Assembly: GCA_013239625.1 (NCBI GenBank)
Contig: MU053216.1
Span: forward strand, 2,198,943-2,262,942
Direction of reading: 5' to 3'
Source of the DNA: Lama guanicoe
Taxonomy: Eukaryota
DNA length: 64,000 nt
In this document: piece after piece, positions 34,205 to 46,800 of the stretch
Position numbering within the stretch: position 1 is the first letter of the stretch
Layout of the letters: every line of letters begins with the position of its first letter
The notes under the pieces: generated by a model
Told to the model about the DNA's origin: nothing
Seen by the model: the letters and a program-made list of their open reading frames with translations, nothing else
The model's database searches: none
Program-made: the position numbers and the translations under genes

Positions 34205-37200
34205 CCTTTATTGGGAGATGTGTACGTCATGAAATGATCGCCACAGTAGGTTTAGTGAACATCCAGCATCTCCTATTGATACAAAATGAAAAGAAAGGAA
34301 ATTTTTTTTTCTTGTGATGAGAACTCTCAGAGTTTACTGGCTTAGCAGCTTTCATACATAACATTCAGCAGTGTTAACTGTGTTTATCGAGTTGTACATT
34401 ACATCCTTAGTAGTTATTTGTCTTAAAACTGGAACTTTGTACCTTTCGGCTAACTTCATCCAGTTCCCCCTGCTCCCATAGCCCGCTCTGATCACCCAGC
34501 TGTGATCCCTTCTTCTTTGAGTGAGTGTGTTTTTGAAGTGTAATTGACCGGCAGCACTGTGTCAGTTCCTGGTACACGACGTAGTGATTCCATATTTCTG
34601 TGCATTTCAAAATGATCACCACGACAAGTCTAGTAACCATCTGTCACCATACAGTATGATGTTATTATTGACTATATTCGCCAGACTGTACGTTTTATAC
34701 CTATGATTAGTTTATTTTATAACTGAAGTTTGTACCTCTTAATCTCCCTCACCTATTTTCTTGTGCACCCCCTCCCTCCCCTCTGGTAACCATCTGTTTG
34801 TTCTCTGTATCTGTGAGTCTATTTCTATTTTGTTTGTTCATTTGTTTTTTAGATTCCACATATAAGTGAAATTATACAGTATTTGTCTTTCTCCATCTGA
34901 TTTATTTCACTTAGCATAACGCTAAGTTAGGGTTAGGCACATTTGGCAAGATTTTGTTCTTATGTTTGAGTAGTAGTCCATTGTGTGTGTGTATGTGTGT
35001 GTATACATACATACACACACACATACATACATACCCACACCACATCTTCTTTATCCAGTCATCTGTTGATGGAACTGAGGTGGCTTCTATACTTTGGCTG
35101 TTGTAAATAATGTTGCAGTAAACATAGGGGTGCATGTATCTTTTTGAATTAGTGTTTTTGTTTACTTCACGTATCCGGCAGTGGAATGCCGGATTGTTCA
35201 GTAAGTCTAGTTTTAATCTTTTGAGGAACCTCCCTCTGTTCCCTGTAGTGGCTGCACCATTTACATTCCCACCAGCAGTGCACTCTCAGCTTGTGTGTGT
35301 CTTTAGGTCTGAAGGGAGTCTCTTGTCGGCAGCATGGATGTGGGTCTTGTTTCTGTGTCCTTCAGTCAGTCTGTGTCTTTAATCAGAGCGTTTAGTTCCA
35401 TATTTAAAGTAACCATTGACAGGCATGCACTTGCTGCCTCTTTGTTGGTTGTTTTTGTAGATCCTTTGTTCCTTTCTTCTTTTGGTCTCTTCCCTACCGA
35501 TTTAATGGACTGTCTTTAGTGTGATGCTTGGGTTTCTTTCTCTTTTTTTTGGTGTGGTTCTATTATAGACTTCTGGCTTGTGGTTCTCGTGAGGTTTATG
35601 TATAGCAATCTGCATACACATGGTTATTCTAAGTTGATAATGTCTTAAATTCAGTGCCTTTTAACAAACCTGCATTCTCACTCGTCCCGTGCACACACAG
35701 CGTTCCTGACGCAGGTCTAGCGCCTGCTGTGTGTGTCCCTGGCTCTGGGCGTGGACGGCTGGACTGCTCTCGCGTCTGACCTTCCTATTAGCTTTTGAAG
35801 TGTTGGATCTACTGGCTTTACTGTATATTTAACTTAGCCAATGAAAGTTTTTTTCTTCCACAATTTTCGTACTTCTGGCCGTGGTGATTCCTTCTCCGCA
35901 GAGAAGCCCTTTAAGGTTTCTTGTGGAGCCAGCTTAGCGGCGATGGGCTCTTTTACCTTCGCGTGTCTGCAACAACTCTTTATTTTGCCCTGAAATGTGA
36001 TGACGGCCTTGCTGGGCGGGGTGTCCCTGACTGGAGGTCGTCTTCCTTCCATCGCTGTAGGTGCGCCAGGCCGCGCCCTGCCGCGCCCTGCCAGCCTGTG
36101 CAGCTTCCACTGAAAAGCCGGCTGCCATCTTACAGGAGTTCCTTTGTACAAAACTGGTCCTCATTCCCTTTCTGTGTTTTCTATTCTTTGCCTTTACTTT
36201 TTGCCGTTTCAGTCACAGCGTGTACTGACGTGGGCCCCTTTGGGTTGATCTTATTTGGGGTTTTCTGTGCTGCCTGGACGCGTGTCCTCTCCCAGGCTAG
36301 GGGAGCTTCGGCTGTTATGTCTTCACATACAGTCTCTGCCCCTTTCCCTCTCTCTCTCTCCTCCTTCTGGGGCTCTCATAATGCAAACGTTAGTACGTAT
36401 GATATTGTCCCAGGGGTCTCTTAAACAGTCCTCATTTTAAAAAAGTTCTTTTTTCTGATCAGCTTGAGTGATTTTCACTACACCATCTCCCAGTTTGCCG
36501 ATCTGTTCCTCTGTATCATTTGATCTACTCTTGATTCTTTCTAGTGTATTTTTTTTTATTTCAGTTATTGTATTATTCAGCTTGGTTTGGTTCTTTATAT
36601 TTTCTAACTCTTTGTTAACCTTCTCGCTCTGTTTATCCATTCTTCTCTTCAGTTTGTTGAGTGAATTTATGACCAGTACCTTGAACTCTTTATTGGGTAA
36701 ATTAACTTATCTCCACTTGACTTAGCTCTTCTTCTGGAGTTTTATCTTGTTCCTTTATTTCAAAAATACAATTCCATTGCTTCATTTTGTCTGATTCACT
36801 GTGTCTATTTCTATGTATTAGGTAGTCAGTTCTATTTCTTGATCTTGGAGGAGTGGCCTTATGCAGGAGACGCCCCGTAGGGCCCAGCAGCACACTCCCC
36901 TCTGCTCACCAGAGCTGTATGCTCTAGGGGGACCCCACTGCGGGCTGCACGGGCCCTTCTTTTGTGCGGGGCTGACTAACGTGGCCATGCTGGTCCTGGC
37001 CCAGCTGGGTGCCAGGTGATGCCCAGTGCAGGGGCTGTCGGCCACTAGTGGGTGAAGCTGGGTCCAGGGGCGGCTGGCTGTGGGTCCAGGGGTCCTGGAG
37101 CTGGTGTTGGCCTGCTGGTGAGTGTGACTGGGTCCCAGGGCTACTGGTTGGGGGCCCAGGGTGCCTTGGGACTGATGTGCCTCCCTCTGCTTGGCACAAC

Positions 37201-37790
37201 CAGGGCGCAGGGGGCTGATACCTGCTCACTGGTGGGTGACACTGGTCCTGGGGCAAGTGTTGGTCCATTGGTGGGCAGGGCCAGGCCCTGGGTTGTTTGA
37301 AGGATGGGGCTGTATCCTAGGGGCTAGGGGTGTTCACCTGGGCCTGCGGCTGCTGTCAGCCTGCTGGTGGGTGGAGCTGTGTCTCCATGCAGCTAGCTGC
37401 GTGGCCTGCAGGGGACCCAGGACTGGTGCTGAGTGGCTGGTGAGCGGGGTTGGATACTGATGCTAATAAGCTGGAGGGAAGACTCCAGAAGGGTGCTCAC
37501 CAGCCCCAGTGTCCTCTCATAGAACAAGCCCCCCAGTGGCTGCTCCAGCATCTGTGTCCCCCACTGAGTCCCAGGTGCCCCCCCCGGGGGCTCCCCAGGA
37601 TCAGCCAGTGGGTCTGACCCTGGCTCTGTTTGTCTTGTTGTGGCCCCTTCTTTACGTCTTTAGTTGTAGACGATCTTTTTGCTAGTTGTCTTGTCATTCT
37701 CGTCAAGAGTTGCTCTGTAAATAGTTGTAACTGTGGTGCGCCCGTGGCAGGAGGCCAGCTCAGGGTCTTTCTACTCTGCCGTCTTCTGTG
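34205..37790 (-). mobile_element. L1 with 5' UTR, ORF1 and 3' end but most of ORF2 deleted
   Basis: Minus ORFs 36437-36640 (NKELENIKNQTKLNNTITEIK, ORF1p coiled coil) and 35834-36151 (YKGTPVR); 5' terminus ttctactctgccgtctt at about 37770-37786; ORF2 start joined to ORF2 end at about 35281. Confidence 0.85.
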
Positions 37791-37919
37791 ATATCTCTTA
37801 AAAATGTCTGAAGAGTGTTCTTAATTCAGTGGGATTCTTCTAAGTTCTACCTGGGCCCTTCCTCCCTGGGTCCTGCCTTGATTAGTTTCCATGGTTTTCA
37901 TTCTCTTGCTTTGTGTCTA

Positions 37920-38325
37920 GTTATTCACTCAGCAGATCTTCATTGAGTCCCTAAAACATGCTAAGTACTGTGAAGCACTGTGATAGGGCTAAATATACAA
38001 TGGTGAAAAAATAATACAGACCCTTCTGTTACGAATTTTATAGTTTGAGGAGGGTTGCAGACAAAAAACAGAAATGTCACGTCAGAGGGCTGGGGGCTTG
38101 ACGGAGTGTCCATGCTGCTCTGGGACTTCTAGCAGCAGCATCCAACGTAGATTTTGGTGGCAGTGGAGACATCAGGGAAGGTTTATTGAAGGAAGTGATA
38201 CCTGTGCTGATACCTGTTGTCTGTAGTCAAAGCGGTCAAGGTCAAAGCCAGCCAGGTGGAGGGAGGGAGGTGTCTGGGGAGGTAAGAGCACATTGGAAGA
38301 CCCAGAAATGAGAAGTAGATGAAAT
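37920..38325 (-). mobile_element. L2 3' part (continues at about 41620-42330 after the ERVL insertion)
   Basis: ttattcactcagcagatcttcattgag...tcagggaaggtttattgaaggaagtgata; later gtccagatgagaggtgatactggcctgg. Confidence 0.65.
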
Positions 38326-38329
38326 GGAT

Positions 38330-38789
38330 TACACTTGCTGACTCCTCCAGAAAGCAGGGGCCGCGTTAGAAGTAGATGTGCGAGGGCTTTGTGGAGGGAA
38401 ATTCCTGTGAGGGACAAAGAGCAGAGGAAGCAGGAGTTACGGAGAGGAGTCTCAGGGCTTGTTGCAAGCCTGGTGCTTGTGGGAGTCAAGAGGGAAGAAG
38501 AAGGGTAGAGCTGGGGGAGCTGCAACTGCAGGGCAGCTTGGGGGCCGGCTTGGCTAGTACTTGCAAGAGTCTCAGAGTCCCAATAGGGGGCAGAAGTGGC
38601 CAGGATCCCACCCTCCCCGCCCAGCCACCACTGTGCTCGGTCATCCGTCACCAGCTGGGAGCAGCCCCAGGGGAGCGGGGCTTCAGGGTGAAGGGGCCGC
38701 GCTGTGAGTTAACGAGTGTCTCTCCTTGTAGCAAAATCCCTCTTGAAGGGAGAGCCGAGCTGCTGCCCCGTGGCTGCCTCCCTCATACA
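38330..38789 (-). mobile_element. LTR16-like ERVL 3' LTR
   Basis: Minus strand tctcccttcaagag...gggctgctcccagc...ctcctgcttcctct...tcacaggaatttccc...ctgctttctggagga resembles LTR16A; preceded by a G-rich polypurine tract (38790-38804) and TG. Confidence 0.75.
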
Positions 38790-41620
38790 GCCCCCCCGCC
38801 CCCCAGCAGAGGAGCACGTCCATGGTGCCCGAGGGCCTCTCCCTGAGGGGGGGCCCGGGAGGGAGGCTAGAATGAAGGAGCACAGCCCCGGCCATGGCCA
38901 CTGGGCTCAGGGCTGGGGTTGCTGGTCCTCAGCTCCCGTCCACCAGCCATCCTGCAGCTCCTGCAGCTCGGCCGTCACCGCTGCAGGTCTCGGGGCTTTA
39001 GTTGATGGTGTAACCCTCACCCTCGTTCCTGAGGGGCTGAGCCCCCGGGCTTCACAGCCTTCTTAAGTCAGGGCTGCTGCACATTCTCAGTTCTAGCTGG
39101 GCAGGGGAGTGGGTCATGCTGCATGAACCACGTGGGTCACTGGGTTCCACCTGTGTTCTTCACAGCTCCCACTGTGTGCAAGAAGCGCTGTGTTCTGATG
39201 ATCAAAATCAAACATCCCTGTGAGTCTGTTTCTGTTTTGCATTTATGTTCTTTTTTTTCTTTTTTTTTTAGATTCCACATACGAGTGATCTCATATGGTA
39301 TTTTTCTTTCTCTTTCTGGCTTACTTCACTTAGAATGACATTCTCCAGGAGCATCCATGTTGCTGCAAATGGCGTTATGTTGTCGGTTTTTATGGCTGAG
39401 TAGTATTCCATTGTATAAATATACCACATCTTCTTTATCCAGTCACCTGTTGATGGACATTTAGGTTGTTTCCATGTTTTGGCTATTGTAAATAGTGCTG
39501 CTATGAACATTGGGGTGCAGGTGTCATCCTGAAGTAGATTTCCTTCTGGGTACAAGCCCAGGAGTGGGATTCCTGGGTCATATGGTAAGTCTATTCCTAG
39601 TCTTTTGAGGAATCTCCATACTGTTTTCCACAGTGGCTGCACCAAACTGCATTCCCACCAGCAGTGTAGGAGGGTTCCCTTTTCTCCACAGCTGCTCCAG
39701 CATTTGCCATTTGTGGTTGCCAGAGGGGTGGGGGCTGGGAAGGGACAGACTGGGATTTCAAAATTTGTAGATACTGACTGGCATATGCAGAATAGATAAG
39801 ATTATACCGTACAGCACAGGGAAATATAAACAAGATCTTGTGGTAGCTCACAATGAAAAAAAATGTGACAATGAATATATATATATATATTCATGTATAA
39901 CTGAAAAATTGTGCTCTACACTGGAACTTGACACAACATTGTACAATGACTATAACTCAATAAAAAACTGTTAAACAAAAAATCAGACGTCCCTGCTGCA
40001 GTGCTGGCTCCTCTCCGTGCCCGCAGGCCTCTGCGGGCAGCAAGCCCGAAGGCGCGGGGGGCAGCCAGGGTGTGTAGCTCAGTGCGACCCCTGGTGTGAG
40101 CACTGGCAAGAGCCTGTTCCTTTGGGAACCAGGACTTCTAACCTAGGGGTTGGGTGTGAGGAGCGTAAAGTCCCTCTGTGGGGCATCAGGAGCGATGATA
40201 ACTGAGGCCACTCCTGCTTCTGCTCCTTGGTTCCCTGATCCTGGCTCCTGCCTATGAGAAGCAGCACCATGTTGAGTTTCTCTAATGCAGTGTGTGTTCC
40301 TACAGAGTATTGCCTTAAGCTGGCACTTCAACCCCATTCTCAGGACAGCTCCTGGACCCTGTGAGGCCGGCTGCTTCTGGAAGCGCCGGCAGTGATCTGA
40401 CCTTCGATCCCGGAGTCTTGAGTCTACTCCTTTTCTTCACTGTGCGGTGACCCCCCTGCTAGGTGGTGCGCTGCCTGGGATTCCACGGCAGGGCATCAGG
40501 AGCCCTGTAAGCATTCAACTGATGCTGGCCGAGGCTCTCTGAGCAGAATAGGCAACGCCATACGCAGAAGAGGTACCTGTCCCTAGGAGTACTAACCACT
40601 AGCCCTGTCAGGATGCAGGGGCCCAGTGTAGCCAGCTGGCCAGCAGGCCGGCTGACCTTCTTAAGAAAGAGTGTCATATTGGGGATGCAGTGTTGGTATG
40701 CGTGATTGCCAGGGTGGCTGTTCAGAGGTGGCAGCAGACAGATCAGTTTTAGGAAGAAGACGTCCATGCTGTTGGACGCGTGCAGAGCCTCCATTTCTCC
40801 CGACAGGCTGTGCCAGTCAGTCTCGGGGTGGCCAATGATGACGACTGGCTGGTAGCCACAGGATGAATCGTATTCCTGGCTATTTAGCGCCTCTTCCCTG
40901 GTGTTTGGTTTCTGGGGGACAGTGGGATGTGGTACAGAAATCTTCACCCTTTGATTCATTCCTGTGTACCACTAGCATGTCTTCCATTTCTTCCTTCTGT
41001 GTCCCCAGACAGTCAGACCCTCAACCACTGCCCAGAATCGGCCGGTGCACTAGCACCGGTCCACTCTTCCGTCCACATGGCACGGACACGGCAGGGACGA
41101 CCACGTGCACCACTTTCTGTCCCACCCACTGCGATCTCCCCTCTCCAGCCATGAGTATGGCTGGAATGGAGTCATCATCTGCTTTGGCTTTTACTCGCAT
41201 CCTTGGCCAATCAGCAGGTGAATAGCGGTTGCTTTTCTTCCTCCCTCCGTTGGCTGGTCTGATGGGCCCCCCGCGTGGCCGTTGGTGTGCACTCGGGGAG
41301 GGGCGCTGGCCCAGCGCTGGCCTGTGACCCGGGTGGCTGGACTAATTGCTCATGCCCTCTGGCCGTAATTGGGCTTGATCTCAGATGGAGCATTTTCATC
41401 TTAAAACGATTCTGATTCCGGTTCCAGCCAATTTTAGGACAACTTGTGTCCAACAGGATTGGGGCCAAAATGGCTGGGCTTTTATACTCCCACCTGGCTA
41501 GGCTCAGGCTGTCGGTTGCTTAAGGAGCACTGTGACCTCAGGTGAGGTGGCTCTGTGCTGGCTGCTCCCCGAGGAAGGAAGGACGTTCCAAGCTAAGCGA
41601 TCGGCACTGTCTTTCTGGTG
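38790..41620 (-). mobile_element. Degenerate ERVL internal sequence (integrase region) plus partial LTR at about 41450-41620
   Basis: Minus strand atggaggctctgcacgcgtccaacagcatggac...ctgatctgtctgctgccacctctgaa...accaacactg resembles the ERVL integrase zinc-finger region; no intact ORF. Confidence 0.65.
39204..39995 (+). mobile_element. Young L1 with 5' inversion (twin priming) and 17-bp TSD
   Basis: Antisense ORF2 C-terminus 39221-39711 (ORF 39268-39645) joined to sense 3' UTR 39712-39978; TSD aaaatcaaacatccctg 39204-39220 / aaaatcagacgtccctg 39979-39995. Confidence 0.92.
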
Positions 41621-42732
41621 ACTACAAATGTTCACATGTTGCCAGAGCACGGAGTGCCAGGCAGAGAGATGTTGGGGATGAGATTACAGAGCAGGAGCAG
41701 GGCCGAGTCACGGATGGCTTGTGTGTGCAAATCTAAGAGCTTGAAGTAAGGATGGTTAATTATTGAGTGTTTAGAGTTTTTGAGTGTGGGTGTGGGTGAT
41801 CACTATGACTTCTGTTTCAGTCGTAACAGTCTCGCTCATCCCCGAGGTTGTTGCTGGCCGTTTACAGGTTCACGTGTCATGAAGAAGGCTCGGAGAGGAG
41901 AACTGAAACCCGAGTTCGCACATTTAATTCATGGAAAATCCAGGAGCTGATCTTCTTTTTGCCACTAAATCCCATTTGTATCACAAAGACATTCATTGAC
42001 TGAAAGTATGAGAATCACAGGGTTGGATTTTCAACCTGGACATGCAAATCTATGGGGGAAAATATGAGAATAACCTTCTGTTAGAGAGGGGAAGACTGGG
42101 TGGCAGGCTGGCCACTGAAAGTCCAGATGAGAGGTGATACTGGCCTGGCCAAAGGCGGTGAGAGTCGGGTGGGAAGGAGGGGGTGGAACTGAAAAAAATT
42201 AGGAAGTAAAATGATCAAGTCATTGAGAATGACTGAAGGCAGAGGTCTCAGAGATAAAGGCGTCTGTCACTCTGGTTTCTGCTTCAGGGGCACTGGGGAT
42301 GGAGATGCTGTCAACAGAGACTGGACTTCGGGTAGTAGCTGTGTGTCTCCTCCGTTAGAATGTGGTCTGAGATTATTCATAGTTTCCGTATTCCAGCACT
42401 TGGACAGAACCTCACTCAGTCCGCATGTGTGGACACGCATGGCGTTTACTGATAATAGTTTAATCATCACCATCGTGGCATGAAATTCAAGGATAATGAG
42501 GTTACTGGGGAATACAAAAAACATTTATCACATGTCTTCATCATCATTTTTATTTTGCAGAAGTGTAATTTCTCTTTAGTGAGGATTCCTATGTTTAACT
42601 TCCCCCCCCAGCATATCCACTTTTAACATCATTTTAAAAGAAAAGCTCATTTCTAGAAAACAGTTATTTATAAAGTTGGAAGACAAGAATTAAACTTGAT
42701 GAGAATTTTAAATTTCTTAAAAAACTAAAAAA

Positions 42733-42985
42733 ATTTTAACTGAAGTATAGTCGATTTACAATGTGGTGTTAGTTTCTGGTGTACAGCACAGTGATTCATT
42801 TATTCTTGTTTTCATATTCTTTTTCAGTGTATGTTATTGCAAGATACTGAACACAGTTCCCTGTGCTCTACAGCAGGTCCTTGTGTTTATTAATTTCATA
42901 CACAGTAGTCAGCACCTGCAAATCCCAGACTCCCAGTCCGGCCCTCCCGCCCCTCCTTCCCCTGGTAACCACAGGTCTGTTTGCT
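42733..42985 (-). mobile_element. Short L1 3' end
   Basis: ctgaagtatagtcgatttacaatgtggtgttagtttctggtgtacagcacagtgattca...cctggtaaccacaggtctgttt. Confidence 0.9.
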
Positions 42986-43329
42986 GGGTCTGGGTCTGGT
43001 GAGAATCCTGATTTAGAGCTCAGCCCGGTGGTGGGCGGAGTTAACGCAGGACCAAGATCATGACCCTGTCATTCGCCAGAGCCTTGGTTTAATGGTCCTT
43101 TCGCTGTCCTTTTACAGCCATTGCCTTCTGAATAAAACGACCTTGAACTTTTTTAGGCTCTTTTAAAATTTCAGTAACTAAACCCTTGAGTCCCACCTGC
43201 CATACAATAAATTCTGCTCTTTAGAGAGCTGTCAGTGCATTTTTATCCATCCGGAATCTAGGCTTGTGAGGTGATTTAGCGAGGACGTGCACCAGACACC
43301 TGCAGTTTTAACAGTAAACAGGAAAGGAC

Positions 43330-43540
43330 CCCAGCAGCCCGAGTGTGGAGTCAGGTTCAGTTTGAACCTAACCTTGGTTAGTTACCGTCCAGGCAGCGCG
43401 AAGTCCGTCACATGCCGCCTGCAGGACTCAGTTCCTTGTTTGTGAAATGAAGATAATAACACCTTGCAGGATTGTCACCAGGATTTGCAGCAGTGAAGAG
43501 ACACCCCCGGCATGGAGCAGGTGCTCCGTGACAGGAGCTG
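43330..43540 (+). mobile_element. MIR SINE
   Basis: tggagtcagg...ctcagttccttgtttgtgaaatgaagataataacaccttgcaggattgt. Confidence 0.7.
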
Positions 43541-44722
43541 CGACTGCAGTTGTCTTTAGTTCCCACCAGTGGTCCAGGTGCAGGTTCCGAGCTTTGTGAC
43601 CCGGCGCCAGGAGCCCTCTGAGTCCCTCCCATTTATTTTTTTCCACCAGTATCTGCTAAGAAATGTCAGTTACATTTGAATTCTAGCACCGGGGATGGTC
43701 AGTCCTGTGGGTCCTGGAAACATACCCATGTGACCTTCAGACAGTGTAAAATTCAACCTGATGTGATGGCGAGTTTCCTCAAAGAACTGTGAGAAAAGCC
43801 TTGAAGACCAGTGTCTGGTGTGTCTTCCTGCTGAAAGCGAACGGCAGACTTGCCACGTGGGGACTGCCCGCATCAGTGCTTCCCCCCGTCAGCGAGGAGA
43901 GGTGAGAGCTGACTGTAATTAGCTACTGATCTTTCTGGACAACCAGAAAATCTGGTTTTTCCTCCAGACATGAAAAGGGCATTGAGAGAGGGGAGAACTT
44001 TTGTAGTTGGATAATTTTGAAGTAGATGAGAAAGAATCCTTCAAAAGCAGCACTTTTTTTTAAACCATTCTTGGTTCTGTATCTGTTTAGCATATTTATT
44101 AAGATGTGTCATGGTCTAATGGGGAAAAAGGAAAAACAAAACATGAAGGAGTTTTCCAAGTGGCTGTGGAGCGCCATATGCAAAGCAGTGAGGCCGACTG
44201 AATTGAGTGGCTTTGAGCCCCTGGAAGTCACAAAGTGACGAGGTTTGCTTGACAGCTAGGGAGCAGTTATTTCTCGTCCCACTGATTAATTTGGTCAATT
44301 AGTGGCAAACAGGAATGTCACAAGTGGAAAGGGCAGTGAGCGTCATTATAAATGTGGAAGTAAAATTGAGGGCAGCCTTGTCACGGAAGGACCCTGCTTT
44401 GCCTGTCTCCGGCGCTCGTGGGACCCATGGTTTCTTCCTGTTTCTGTCTGTCCCTGGAGACTGGATTTTAACTTCAGCCAGAACTTCTGGAAAATCAAAA
44501 GGGACCCACGGCAGCATTTTCTTCTAATGCACACGGAGAAAACTGTCTTCCAGAGTGGCAAACAGTTCATCTGCTATTTTCGTCTTTTGATTATGTCCTC
44601 AAATTAAAATCTGCATTTGCCTTTTACAACAAGTCAGGTTGCAGTCCTGACACCCCCAGATGCCGAGTGTACCTGTGACTTCCCCACTGGGGAGTTCTAA
44701 CTCCCTCTTCAGACCGCGCCCA

Positions 44723-45163
44723 CTGTGTTCGTTTTCTGTGGCTGCTGTGAAAAAAAAATGGAAGCGGGTGACTTAAAGCAACAGAAATTTATTTTTTCTT
44801 GGTTCTAGAGGCCAGAAGTCCAAAATCGAGGTGTCTGCAGGGGTGGTTCCTGTGGGGGCTCCGAGGGAGAGTGTTCCTTGCCCGCCACTCAGCGCCCGGT
44901 GACCGCTGGGCACCCCCGGCGCTCCTGGGCTTGCAGGTCCACCCCTCCACCCTCTGCCTCCGTCTTCACGTGTCCTCCCCGTGTGCCTCCCTTCCTTCCC
45001 CGCCAAGGCCAGCTGTCCTGGGATTCGGTGCCCGCCCTACCCCAGGACCATCCTATCTTGAGGTTCTTCATAACATCTGCAAAGACGCTTTTTTCCAGTA
45101 AGGTCCACGTTTAAAGGCTCCAAGTAGACATGTATTTGGGGGACCACCATTCAGCCCACCGCA
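44723..45163 (-). mobile_element. MLT1 (C/D-like) MaLR solo LTR
   Basis: ggctgctgtg...ttaaagcaacagaaatttatt...ttctagaggccagaagtccaaaatcgaggtgtc...catctgcaaagac...accattcagccca. Confidence 0.85.
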
Positions 45164-45916
45164 CTCGGTTTTACAGTGACCACCTTCCAGTCTGCTCAGG
45201 CCCAGGAAGCGGGAGGGTTCTGGGAAGGGGGCGATGCTGTACGTGCGAAGGCAAGAACTGATGGTCTTCACACCATGACTTCCACTCACTGTGCTGCGGC
45301 GCCACCAGTGCCCCCAGACCCAGGACTGCCAGCTCTGCACCCTGCAGCCCCGTGTTGCCCTGTTACTGCCAGCTCTGCCCCGCAGGCCTGATCGGCATTA
45401 ACTGCTTCTGGTCACGGGGTCCACGTCCTTCTGCTTTGTTGTCTGAACTTGAGGTCAGCTCTGATCGTGGAGAGACACATCACACCACAGGAGACAACAT
45501 GCTGCCTGGCCTGTCAGCCCTCAGCCTTCAGAGGCTGCACTTCCCATCCCCAGATTCACCACTAAGCATGTGAGAAACAGGCGGGTGCCGCTGCCAGCGT
45601 CCTCCCTGGTCTTACCACGTTGCTGCGAGGCCTCTCATCCACACAGCAGCTCGCATGGCTCCATCGGATGCTGTTTACCGCGTTGGGCCTCCAGCTTGAT
45701 GCTCGTACCTGACACCTCCTCACATTCGGGTTTTCCAGACATGTCTGTCTTCTGCTCGTCCCCAGAGATAGCCTGAGCAGGTGCTGCTCTGTCAGAGACA
45801 TGTCTCCATCTGGAAGAATGAAGTAACACTTGTGGAAGGAGATTTCTTCCTTCTGATTTCAGCTGCTTTGTTCCACGTGCTTTGCTTCAGTTTGGCCTTT
45901 GAGTGTGTGTGTGTGC

Positions 45917-46800
45917 TTTTAACTGAAGTAGATTTGATTTACAATGTTGGATTAGTTTCCGTTGTACTGCATAAGGATTCAGTTACACTTATATATGCAT
46001 ATTCTTTTTCATATTCTTTCTCATTACAGGTTACTAAGAGCCATTGAATATATTTCTCTGTGCCCTACAGTAGGACCTTGTTGTTTATCTATTCCATACA
46101 GAGCAATTTGCGTCTGCTAATCCCAGACTCCCAGTTTATCCCTCCCTCCTTCCTTTTCCCACTGGTAACCGTAAATTTGTTTTCTATGTCTGTGAGTCTC
46201 TTTCTGTTTTGTAAACAAGTTCATTTGTGTCATTTTTTTTAGGTTCCACATATAAGTGATATATAATATTAGTCTTTGTCTGACTTCACTTAGTGTGATA
46301 ATCTCTAGGTCCATCCATGTTGGTGCAAATGGCATAATTTTATTCTTTTTCATGGCAGAGTAGCATTCCATTGTATAAATAACACCACATCTTCTTTATC
46401 CAGATTCTTTATCCCTGTCGTTGGACATTTAGGTTGTTTCCCTGTCTTGGCTATTGTATATAGTGCTGCTGTGAGCATTGGGGGTGCAGGTGTCTTTTTG
46501 AATTAAGAGTTCTCTCTGGATATATGCCCAGCAGTGGGATTGCTGAATCATATGTAAGTTTATTTTTAGTTTTTCAAGGAACCTGCATACTGTGCTTCAT
46601 AGTGGCTGCACCAATTTACATTCCCACCAGCAGGGTAGGAGGGCTCCCTTTTCTCCACAGCCTCTCCAGCATTTGTTGTTTGTAGACTTTTTAATGATGG
46701 CCATTCTGACCTGTATGAGGTGATACCTCACTGTAGTTTTGATTTGCAGTTCTCTGATAGATAGTGATGCTGAGCATCTTTTCATGTGCCTGTCTGGCCT
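45917..46800 (-). mobile_element. 5'-truncated L1 (duplicated at about 48208-49078)
   Basis: Minus ORF 46597-46830 [24 protein letters not shown] is the L1 ORF2p C-terminal region; 3' UTR from 45917. Confidence 0.92.

Noticed and set aside
39268..39645. Clean 125-aa ORF (also 11529-11771 and 62992-63456)
   Set aside because: L1 ORF2p C-terminal remnants in truncated copies, not cellular genes
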